DNA from: Orbicella franksi
Lineage: Eukaryota
Length of the DNA: 64,000 nt
Direction: 5' to 3'
Assembly: GCA_964199315.1 (NCBI GenBank)
Contig: OZ116700.1
Coordinates: 6,262,001 to 6,326,000 of the forward strand
Shown: in pieces, positions 1-9,882 of the stretch
Layout of the letters: each line of letters starts with the position of its first letter
Position numbering within the stretch: position 1 is the stretch's first letter
Made by a program: the position numbers and the translations under genes
Notes under the pieces: model-generated
The model's input: only the letters and a program-made list of their open reading frames with translations
What the model was told of the DNA's origin: nothing
The model's database searches: none

Positions 1-53
1 CAGCAGTGCTTCGAAAACTACGAGTCCTGGTCGAGTCAAAACCTCCTTATTAG
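1..53 (+). CDS. Probable last codons of an upstream (off-window) kinase paralog
   Basis: Frame (T)AVLRKLRVLVESKPPY-TAG(51-53). The duplicate at 9865-9935 reads GTLEDVTAVLRKLRALVESKPSY*, resembling the terminal helix of the two kinases here (PTISDVIAVL, STMSDVITVL). Confidence 0.35.
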   Translation, partial: AVLRKLRVLVESKPPY

Positions 54-100
54 CAAGCCTGTTTTCAGTTCCTCAGGTTTGTTTCTTCGCCATTGATATA

Positions 101-511
101 CAGTCGAACCTCTCCACAAAGGCCACCTTGGGGACGAGGAAAGTGGCTGTTGTAGAGAGGTGGCAGTTATGGGGAGGTAGGGCTGTAATATGACACCTAT
201 TGTAGCATATAAACAAGAAACGCAATCAAGATATGTCGATAAAACAGAAATAACGTTAAGAAGGGATCAAGTTTCGTTACTTTTTCCGATGAAAAGTGGG
301 GTTTGTCTACACCTCTCGTCATTCGGTGATTTACTGGCCATTGTCGAGAGTATTTTGGCAGTTGCGACGAGTTTTAGTAGCCATTGCCGTTGTGGTCTTG
401 AGGAGAGGTGGCCTTTGTAGAGAGGTTAAATTAAGCGAATGTATGGACCGTCCGCCGGGACGTAAAAAAGTGGCCGTTTTAGAGAGGTGGCCGATAGTGG
501 AGGTTCGCCTG
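101..511. mobile_element. Tc1/mariner-pogo type MITE (second copy 9983-10394)
   Basis: TIRs CAGTCGAACCTC / GAGGTTCG(C/A)CTG flanked by TA on both sides; no transposase coding. Confidence 0.85.
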
Positions 512-526
512 TACAGAAGAAATCCT

Positions 527-855
527 CCCGAGGGGGGAGGGGTGGGGGAGAGACTTCCATATAGAAAGGACTGGGGTGCTGGTCGCAAATTCTGAAAAGA
601 ACCTCTAAGATGTACGAAGATCCTGTTTTGTGGGCGTGGCTTGAATTTTTTCACCCTAAGAGGTACCAACTCTAAGACAAAACATTATCTCCTGTCATAT
701 TTTTTCGTCTCAATACCATAAAAGGTACAGCAAAAGCTCCGCCTGTTGACCTTTTGAGGCTGAACACCCTAAGAGGTACCAAAACCATTTTTTTTTAACC
801 CCTTAAAAGTACGACGAGCACCCCCGTCCTTTATACATGGGAGTTTTCCCTCGGG
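527..855. mobile_element. GC-ended MITE family (copies 10410-10741, 22027-22237, 45351-45681)
   Basis: Termini CCCGAGGGG...CCCTCGGG with subterminal inverted CCCATAT/ATGGGAG and GGGGTGCT/AGCACCCC; shared core GATCCTGTTTTGTGGGCGT...CCCTAAGAGGTACC in all copies. Confidence 0.75.
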
Positions 856-1620
856 CAAATCCTAACAGGGACTTGCTTAAATGCGGAAAAAAATGTACTG
901 TCGATTCTTCATTTTTCAATAGGAAGACTTGCAACAGGATACAATTTGCTGAAAAGGTATACGTGCGAAAGTAGGCGGTAAATATGAACAGAGTGACAAA
1001 AAAGAAGTACGTAGGCAATCTTATGCCTTGCCGCTCGAGTGCTTTTGTTTTCACAGTTATTTATTATTCATTGTCTATAGTCATTACGTAGCGTGTATTT
1101 TGGGCATGAAAAGAGCTTCACAATGCATAATTGACATCAGCTAATATCAAGTTGTTTGGCCGTTGAATTATAAGCAGACTTCGAACACAGACGGATGTCC
1201 GCCTGTTTGTTTCAAGTAACAGTATATTCCGATCAGTTATACAACGACGTCCTCGAAGAAGATTAGATTTAACTTTGTTCTTCTCGGTACGGGGAGTCAA
1301 CTGAAGAAGTTTGTGCGTCCCTCTAAACTGAATTGAACTCCGTCGTAAGCCTTGGCCGACTGAAATCTTTTGTGTTAAAGAACGTGAGTCTCATGATTTT
1401 ACCACTGCTACGAAGATTCAGCCATGGGTAATACGGTAAGTTAGTGCTAACCTTGTTTCACCGCACTCTTTCTCAATATCGATGGATCGATTTGATAATG
1501 AGTTATAAAATCGCCTTTCCTGCTGGAGTTTTAACTCACGGTTGGCCAGTTAAAAATTCGCTTTACGATCCACTGTAACAATGGTAATAACATCTCAGCA
1601 TAGTCTTATGTTTACATGTA

Positions 1621-3242
1621 CCGTAGTTTCTCGGTTATAAGGCGCACGGTTTTTTCGAGGAAAATCTGTTTTTGCTTGGGAAGTTTTTGCCAAAATTGGG
1701 GTGCGCCTTATAGCCGAATATTTTCGCGCAAAAAAATCTAACGACAGCAATTTTACCGGAACTTACAGTTAAAACTAGACAAATAAAAGACACTAAACAT
1801 TGGTCATTGACTTTTTTAAGATTTGGTGGTTCTGAAAAGAACCGGGTGGCTCTGAAAAGAGCCGTTGTTGTTGTTTTGAAATTTATTGATGTCTAGTCTT
1901 CCTCCTCGCTATCCGTGTCAAACTCGTTCTCCAGTTCATCATCTGCTTCCTCGTCTCCAGCTTCTTCTTCGTCCCACACAGCTTCGTCCTCGGTGCCGTC
2001 CAGAGCATTTGATATTCCACAGCACTTGAATGAGTTCGCGATCAAATCAGCGGGTATCTCTTGCCATGCCTTTTGGATCCACTGCAAAACCAGTTCTTTG
2101 CTCGGCGCACGCTTCTTCCCCGACGGAGTGTAAGTGAACGGACCGTTCACCATCCAAGTCTGGTATTGGGATCGCACCTTGGTCTTAAAAGGTTTGTTGA
2201 TACACTTGTCCAGGGGCTGCAACACGGACGTAAGTCCACCCGGAATAACTGCGACTACTACGTTTCGCCTCGCCAGAAGATCTCTCACGGCGTTTGTCAA
2301 ATGCCCACGGAATGAATCCCACACGAGGAGAGCTCTTTGGTCTGGGGTGTACCGAAGATGGCGTCGAATCCACTCCATTACTCCTAGAAATTAATAAGAA
2401 ATACAGTCTTAGAATGCTAGAAAGCTTTATTATCAAGGCCGCATTGTGTTAAACAACTGCACGAGAAAAGCTAACAAACTGAAATTTGCATACGCGCGTA
2501 CGTGCTAAACAGCACGTGCTAGGTAACACGATACGTCAACAATGAAATTCGAATCTCGTTTCTGAGAAACAAGAAGTGTACTCGTCTCGCTCGCTTGTTG
2601 AAAAGATACTGCTCAGAATAAACAGTGTTTTAGCTTACCTTCTTCGTTCATCCAGCCCTTCTTGTGAACGGAGACCTGCATCCTTGGTGGCACGTTGATT
2701 TTCAGCTGTCGAACTCCTTTGAATATGACCTTCGGGGGAAGTTTCTCGCCGTTCGCTTTCACCGTTAGTGCAACTGTGAAACTCTGCTTGTCGGCACCGC
2801 ATGACAACACTGGAACTGTTCTATTCCCGGTGAACTCCAAGGTTCTGGATCTCTGGTTCTCGGATCGTTGAATATTTATTAGAATCTTTATAAAAAACGA
2901 AATATGTCTCCTGAGCAGGAAAGCTGAAATTAACGTGTATGCGTTGTCTGTTTACACGCAAGTTTATCATTAGAGGTGCGAACTTTTAGCTTTTGTTTTC
3001 GTGTATATCATTAAATGTGTGACTTTTTCACTTTTGTTGAAATTTGTTCACGTTTACAGAGAGTTCGCGTGCTAATTGTGCCAAGAGAATAAAATTTTAT
3101 CTTTATGAACTCTTCATTTCTTGGTGCGTCTTATAACCGAGTATTTTCACATAATTTTCAGTTTGGGAACTTTGCATGATTAAGTTGCCAAGTTTGGGGT
3201 GCGTCTTATAGCCGAGTGCGCCTTATAACCGAGAAACTACGG
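1621..3242 (-). mobile_element. Internally deleted pogo/Tigger DNA transposon
   Basis: Perfect 27-bp TIRs CCGTAGTTTCTCGGTTATAAGGCGCAC (1621-1647 / 3216-3242); TA TSD; empty site CATG-TA-TACGCC in the duplicate near 11507; subterminal GGTGCGYCTTATARCCGA repeats. Confidence 0.96.
1893..2840 (-). pseudogene. pogo DDE transposase remnant (two exons, N-terminal HTH missing)
   Basis: FTVALTVKANGEKLPPKVIFKG...GWMNEEG|VMEWIRR...LLVWDSFRGH...QPLDKCINKPFK and acidic tail; GT-AG intron 2384-2638 joins the two ORFs in frame. Confidence 0.9.
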
Positions 3243-5323
3243 TATACGCCAGTAGAAATCTGAGATTTCTGGCTAAAACAGTTATTGAGTATTAGACCCG
3301 GAAATTGTATGAACCTAATCTTCATTTCATGGTTATTTGTAGCTCTGTAATGTCCATCCGCTGACCAAAATAGCTTCACACCGTTAGCAATGATGTTATT
3401 TTCAGTCAGTATGCGAGAGTTTAATGACTTCTTCGTTTACTGGCTTGCATTTCACCTGTTAGTAACTCTTTTGGTGATGTAAGTCAAAATTTGCAAGGAT
3501 TATCTCGCAGTACGCCATAGAGACTTATCCGAGTAATAAATTTCGGACGCAGTAGGCAGTACTGGTGCCACTTTTCGCGCTTGTATAACACGTGTTTTAC
3601 ACTACAGAATGCAAAAGTAAATGAAAGAAAAACGCAAGAAAATGGCAATTGTTTCATTCATAGTGCTTGCGTTTAACTCAAAAGTGTAGTAGCTCTCGTA
3701 AGCTTGAAGGTTTTTTGCTTGTTAGCAGCTGTCATTGTTTTGGGGCAAGGGACATTGTTTCTGTTGTTTGTTCCTTTGTCCTCACAAAGGGTATCAAGCC
3801 ATTCATGTGAGAACTTAAGACAGCATCTACCCGACCCGTTTAACTGCGGTTTACTTTGCACTTTTTCGCGAGTTTTGTTAAGATGTTTTTGTGTCATTTA
3901 TTAATCGTGCGTTATAATTCAGTGGTTAATTAAAAAGGTAGATGAGCTGTCTATGGTGTTTTTCTTGTACACTTGGCGTCCGTTTAATTAATGTCGCCAG
4001 GAGACTGGGAGTTTAACTTTGTTCAATCTGTTGAAGCCTATAATCACCATCAACTGATCTGGTGCATATTTTTCAGGGTATAGAAGAGCTAGAAAGAATA
4101 GGACAAGTATCCGAATTTAACTTACAAGATTCTTTAGATGTTGAAAGATCTTTTCAAATTGTGGAGAACGAGAATGAAGAAAACACGGCACCTCCAGCCT
4201 CTTCAGGGATTCAGGATGTTGAAGAGTCAAGTGAAAAGCCGATTGCAAAAGCCAAAGGAAAGAAGGAGAAAAAACGTGAAAAATTCAAACAGGAGAGTTC
4301 CAACAAAAATGACGATGAACTTTTGGAAGTATATTTGGACAAACAAATTCCTCGTAACAAGAAGGCCATGAAAACAAAGTTGGAAAACGTATTGATTGAG
4401 TTACACCGTAAAAATGAAATTCTTGATCGCTTGACGAATGAGAGAGAGCGCCATTTGGAACGTATAGAGGAGAAAGAGAAAGTGATTGAAGGCAAAGACT
4501 TCGTCATTCAGTCTTTTGATGAGAAAATACAGGTTTTCAAACAACGGATCAAAGAGAAGGAGTCCGAGTTGAGAGAAAAAGAACGCTTGTTGAGAGAGGC
4601 AAACGAAAATGTCGACCAGTTAAACAGTGAGAACGAGAGATGCCTGGCAGAACAACTGCGTCTCTTGCAGCTGGAACGTGAACAGAAAGCAGACTTACAG
4701 GAAAGATTAAGAAATATGCAGATTCAAATGGATCAAGAAAGGAACAGGCGCATCTCTATTGAGAGAGAACTTACCGAGGAAAGATTGACCTTGCAGCAAG
4801 ATCGAGAGAACCTTGAACGAGAACGCGAACGTTACGAACAACGCATCCGCGACAGCGAAAGAAACGCGATCGAAAGCGAGCACCGCCTTCGAGAATTACA
4901 ATCAGCGGTATCTAGTGCGCGAGACACCCTGGCCGAGTATCGGCGACTCGAGCCACGTGATTGAGTCATCCGCCGTGACGAGGTCACCCTGTCTGAAAAC
5001 ATTTTAGGTGTAGGGGCCAGGGGCAAAGCCTACGAAGGCTCATTCCGCGGGTGTAAAGTTGCGGTGAAGCAGATTCACGAGCTTATCCTGTCTCCTCATA
5101 ATCGCAGATTGTTTGAGCGCGAAATGAGCATTGCGTCGCGTTGTCGACACCCGCATCTACTTCAGTTCATAGGCGCGACAAACGACGACGGAAGCCCATT
5201 GTTTGTGACGGAGTTGCTGGACACAGACTTGAGGAACATTTTGAACCAGCGCGCGTTACATCAAGAGGAGATCGTTTGCCTCGCTTTGGATGTTTCTCGC
5301 GGACTGAACTATCTCCATCTTAA

Positions 5324-8111
5324 GGTGGTCTTATACCCTAAAAATGAAATTTTTTATTAACTATCTTTGAATATATCTTTTTATACCATCTTATAGATTA
5401 TCACTTCCTGACTCCAAAATAACTGTTTTCACCTCGCGAATGTTAATAGTTAATGATTAACCAGCCCCCCACTGGTGAAAAATGTGGGTCTATTATAAGC
5501 AGCATAACTCCGCTTAGAATGGTCACAGAAAAGTAAAATTAGCTTTATTCTATTTCAAAATAAATTACCCAGGTGTTAAACCTCAAAAAACAAGGAAACT
5601 ATGATTGCTTTGATAATTTTTCCTATGAAAAAGGGAAAGCAATGACAGATACTTCAAAAACATTTTTACTGCAAGTACAGTGTTAAACATTCCCAATTTT
5701 TTTGAGGTTTGTCACCAAGGGAATAACATCAGGAAATAATGCTGAAAGTTTCAAGTCAATTAGTTAAAACCCCACAGAGATATCCTGCTTGGAAGTGTCG
5801 CAATTTGGTAATTTTCATAATTTGAGAAAAATGGTTCTAAAGTTGAGACATAATTTAATGAGATAATGTTCTTCTCATTTTTAATGAAATAACCTCAATT
5901 AAACTTTTTTCAGCCACAGTTTTGCTTGATAGCATTAAATAAGAGTTCAGAAGGATCCTGAGGCATAAGTCACTCCTTCTGTTTCTTGTGCTTGATCCCC
6001 TTTTTGTTTTCGACGGGCTCGAAGCAACTTTCTTTTTCGCTTAGAGGTATCTGTTTCTTTGTAAATTGCTTTGCCAAGCCTCAGTTTGTCACTTCTTTTC
6101 ATTTCCTCAACACAGAACTCCCCAGGTTCAATTCCACTGTTTGTGAGTGTATTTAATGCTGCTTGGCTTCCAATATTGAAGTGGGAAACAGCATCATTCA
6201 CTCCAAGCTTTAAAGTGTCAGCTCCCACAAACACATCTTTTGGCACTCGGTCCCATATCATCCCATTTATGGCTTCATTTTGATTCTGGGTCTTTCCATC
6301 CAAGCACCTGGTCAGCAGAGCATCCTCACTCAGCCTGAAGTAAATTGGCTTAAGCTCAGCAATGATTTCAACAGGGAGCCCAGGACCTGGTTGAACAACT
6401 TTGTACCATTTGCAATGTCTCTGTTGAAGCGACACCAGCTGTCTGCTCCTTCAGGGCAATAACAATGTAAATTGCGATCCTTTGAAGAGGCACAATGCAT
6501 GAGGCTAGCATAAATTGCCTTCTTCATTTCCGATAGATTGCCAACATTGCTTCTTATGGCAATCCCATTATAATTTTGCAGCCTGTCTATCATTCTATCA
6601 GTCAGCTTTCCTTTACCGCCCATACCTTTTTTCTCTTTCTTTAGTTTTCTTAAAGCTGTCCCCACACGCTTCTGGACATGTCCAACACATTCTTTCTTTA
6701 CAACTTTAAGTCCTTTGTCTATGTAAGTCTTCTCTACTCCATTGAAACCCTTGCTATCTCCATCCCCATAATATTCAGTGTAACGCAATTTGTGTTTTTC
6801 CTCACTTCTCTCAAAGATTCGCTTCACTCCTTCTGTTTCCATTGATGGAGCTGAGCCTTTAAAATTTGCTTTGCATTTTGGGGCATGGTTTATCTGCCAC
6901 TCCTGCTCTGCTTGGAGATCATTATTGGTCTCATGTCTTTGGCAGGTCTGGCAGACTTTGCTCAGCAGTTCAACATCAAGGCATTTCCCTGTATCAATTG
7001 ATAATACTGCTACACAACCATTCAATGAAGAGTGGCCTCTTTTCTGCCAGGTCCCATCGCAAGAAACCCCACAGTTTGAAAATCCTTCGACATCTTCACC
7101 TTTCAAATGGTGAATTTCTTTTTGGGCATCATTCATGGTCTGATTGGCCACAGCTTTTGCTGCTTTGAGCAAAGCTTTGTTGTGCTTACTGTATGCCTTT
7201 GGTTTTGGTGGGGGTGGCATGTTCATAATTCCACAAAATCTCCTAGCTGATGCTTCCCCTTGCGCAATCGTTCTCATCCCATAAACAAGTCTTCTGTTCA
7301 CCTCATAATATCTTGATATCTTTTTAGACGTGTAAAAACAATGGTTACACCCACAGTCCAAGCATAATAATCGAAGACATGATGCACAACCATGCCTTTT
7401 AAAGGATACCTCTGTTAACTGAATATTTGACTCACCACACTCTTGGCAACACAAAAGCCTCAATACATCAGCCAAGATTTCCACATCCATTAGACGATAT
7501 CCACTCAGACTGCTGCTGATTATTTCTTCTTTTTCTTCTTTAACCTCAAGCTTGGCCTTGATCTTCCTTTCTGAGGCAGACTGGATAGTTACATTTTCGT
7601 CGATAGGTTTTTCGATTTTCGCCGATTTAGGACTTCTCTGCATATGCTGATTTCCGTGGAACTTACGTTTACGGGGTCTATTGCCAGTTCTAGCCATCTT
7701 ATATCCAAATCTCTTTTGAAACCACAAAAGAAAGCTAAAACTTTACTCGAAGAAAAGCGAATGACACATTCGTCGATCGAAAGCCAAAAGTTTTAGTCCG
7801 TACGAAAAATATGGCCAGCGGTAAACACTATAAGAGCTACCAAATCATTTCCTCTAGAGAGCGGTCCCAGGGGCAAAATGGTTTCTTCACGATTTTGAAC
7901 CAACAACTGTAAACAGTCGTTGTTAGGGGCGTTGCTATGGCCAAAAATTAGACATATCAGTAGTTTTTGATACATTTTTCGTACAAATGACTTTTTCTGG
8001 TCAAAAACACCCTGGAATAATGCAAAGGGATGGTTAAAGAGTCTATTTATGACGTTTTCAAAAAATCGACCTTGTACGCAAAAAATGCGATTTTTAGGGT
8101 ATAAGACCACC
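5324..8111 (-). mobile_element. Kolobok-like DNA transposon, near full length
   Basis: Perfect 22-bp TIRs GGTGGTCTTATACCCTAAAAAT; TTAA TSD at 5320-5323 and 8112-8115; excision restores NYLHLNKPFPIMHRD. Superfamily call rests on the TTAA TSD plus GG..CC termini. Confidence 0.85.
5947..7697 (-). pseudogene. Transposase of the Kolobok-like element (about 583 aa, one frameshift)
   Basis: MARTGNRPRKRK start, Cys-rich zinc-finger-like region, CDGTWQKRGHSS, YYGDGDS, KKECVGHVQKR, TQNQNE. Two overlapping ORFs joined by one missing base near 6391 (TTC AA- CCA GGT). Confidence 0.85.
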
Positions 8112-8554
8112 TTAATAAACCTTTTCCCATCATGCACAGAGACATAAGTAGTTCCAACGTGTTGCTATGGAGACGGGATAACAGTTGGAGGGCCAAGTTA
8201 TCAGACTACGGAGCGGCAAATTTCATGCGTCAGTACATGACGGAGAATCCCGGAGCAAGGATTTATGCAGCGCCAGAGGCTCTCACTTCTCAACAGTCTC
8301 CAAAGGTGAGAAGAAATTTAGTAGTGAGGAAATTTCTGAATTCTTTTGGCCCGACACATTTCTATTTTATAAGGAACGAGGGGAGGAGGTGGGGCAACAA
8401 ATGATTCCTTACCTCCACACCTCCTCCTTTTTTTGCTCACCCCCTCTCCACTTCTCCCCATTTTTTCTCACCCCAGGCGCGCTCGTTTGCTTGCTCGCTT
8501 TCTCAATCTCTTCGCCTAGAAGATAGAAAGGAATCGTCTGCTAGTCAGGCTATC

Positions 8555-8758
8555 GTGCTTTTAAAGGCGCGCTCCTGTGGAGACAACCCTGCGAACACCC
8601 ATACCTGTACTCGATGTGGTAGAGACTGTCACTCCAGAATCGGACGGACCTGTCACAGCCGACGCTATTCCAAACGTGACGTCACCACAGCACCAAACGA
8701 TGACCCAGCGCATACTGACCGATGGAGGTCGACACTGACCGATGACGAAGACTTTTAA
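8555..8758 (+). mobile_element. RTE-clade LINE 3' fragment in intron of kinase A
   Basis: Translates as HTCTRCGRDCHSRIGRTCHSRR, the C-terminal CxxC...H motif typical of RTE ORFs, followed by a short repeated tail (CTGACCGATG x2). Confidence 0.7.
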
Positions 8759-9474
8759 CGAATATTCTTTACTTATTGTACTATTTTCCTCACAAACTTG
8801 TCTCTTGTTTTCTTCTAGGCGGACGTTTACAGTTTCGGTTTATTGTTGTGCGAGATGTGCATCAGAGAGCTTCCAGACCCTCAGCAGATCGACCAACAAA
8901 TAGTCCTGGTAACTAACGGTGTCCTTCGAGAGCTCATTATGCGTTGTGTCGAGTGGCATCCCGAAGCCCGTCCCACTATAAGTGACGTCATAGCAGTGTT
9001 GACGCAGCAAGCGGAGTCTTAACGAGCACAGGGACTGGTGACAATCAATGGAAGGACGGCTACCTTGTAGAATCTTATCCCTCAATCTTTATTTGTCTTT
9101 ATCTCGAGATTTGAGACTCTTTTTAAACGTCCAAGTTCTCTTTATAGACTTTTATGCCGTTCGATAAGATGTTTTATCGTCGCGCTTATTTGTGTTTTTA
9201 TGCTTTACAATGCAATAAATATAATAGTCATGTTATGTCTGTGACACTTGGTATTGTATGTCTTTGGGAAGCACTTAGTTACTTGGACTGTAGGGAAATC
9301 GAGCGCTGTCAGCCGCTACCCAAGTATCCGAGAACCTGGGTAAAGCGTGTGCCGTCCACTAGGGAAATACGCTTTGTTTAACTCGGCAAAAGGAGATGAC
9401 TAATCCATGGAGTGCAGTGGGGCGGGACGCATCATCTATGACTAATAAACTCGTTATTTTGTATGTAGGAACTA

Positions 9475-9854
9475 GGGCCCCGATCACACTACGCCGGAGA
9501 AATTTGAAAACAGAGGTTTCACTCTGAAAACGCATCAAATGTTTTCCGTCCACACTACGCCGGAGAAATTTAAAACCCAAGAATCACTGGCCATTTTGGA
9601 GTTGTGTTTGAGCATGGATAGTACAGTCTTCTACTATCCATGGTTTGAGGAAAACTCGGTCAGCAAAATCACATGATTGTCGTGACACCAGCGACTTCGA
9701 AAAGCTCCGTTTTCAAAATGTTTTCCGTCCACACGAAAACGAAATGTCAGCGTTTTCAAATTGCTCCTGTGTGAAGGGCGTTTTCGAAAAGCACCGTTTT
9801 CGTGACGGATTAGTGTGGACGGTAGGCCTAACCGTAGAAATAGAGCGGCGTTTT
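9475..9854. mobile_element. PIF/Harbinger-like MITE, right end truncated at the duplication boundary
   Basis: Left end GGGCCCCGATCACACTACGCCGGAG; colinear with the complete copy at 29274-29632 until about 9854. Confidence 0.75.
9613..9642. mobile_element. 30-bp hairpin micro-element with 7-bp TSD (P-superfamily-like termini)
   Basis: CATGGATAGTA-cagtcttc-TACTATCCATG flanked by GTTTGAG repeats; absent from the sister MITE near 29395-29403. Confidence 0.75.
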
Positions 9855-9882
9855 ACTTTAGTAGGGACGCTTGAAGATGTCA

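Larger units (their letters stand above)
1..4615 (+). repeat. Segmental duplication, copy 1 (interrupted by pogo at 1621-3242)
   Basis: Colinear with 9883-12902; sampled 60-mers differ at 1-3 positions; identity stops after GAAAATGTCGA. Confidence 0.97.
1424..9022 (+). pseudogene. Coiled-coil + TKL-like Ser/Thr kinase, copy A (disrupted)
   Basis: Exons 1424-1435 (MGNT|gtaag), 4077-5323+8116-8305 and 8819-9022. Motifs GVGARG, VAVK, HRDISSSN, DYG, APE, DVYSFG. In-frame TGA at 4962-4964 replaces the Trp seen in copy B (PRD*VI vs DQPWMI); a transposon splits the kinase exon. AATAAA at 9214-9219. Confidence 0.88.

Noticed and set aside
190-1300. Short ORFs (e.g. 296-595, 803-1054 and duplicates 10179-10448, 10689-10940) as genes
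   Set aside because: They lie in MITEs or duplicated non-coding DNA; persistence reflects recent duplication, and there are no domain motifs.
4962-4964. TGA as selenocysteine or programmed readthrough
   Set aside because: It aligns to a Trp (TGG) in the paralog, no SECIS is evident, and the same exon is also broken by a transposon.
6330-6435. Programmed ribosomal frameshift in the transposase
   Set aside because: No slippery heptamer at the shift; a simple 1-bp deletion explains it.
5320-8115. piggyBac assignment because of the TTAA TSD
   Set aside because: Termini are GG..CC rather than CCY..RGG, and transposase motifs (DGTW, GDGDS, ECVGH) are not piggyBac-like.
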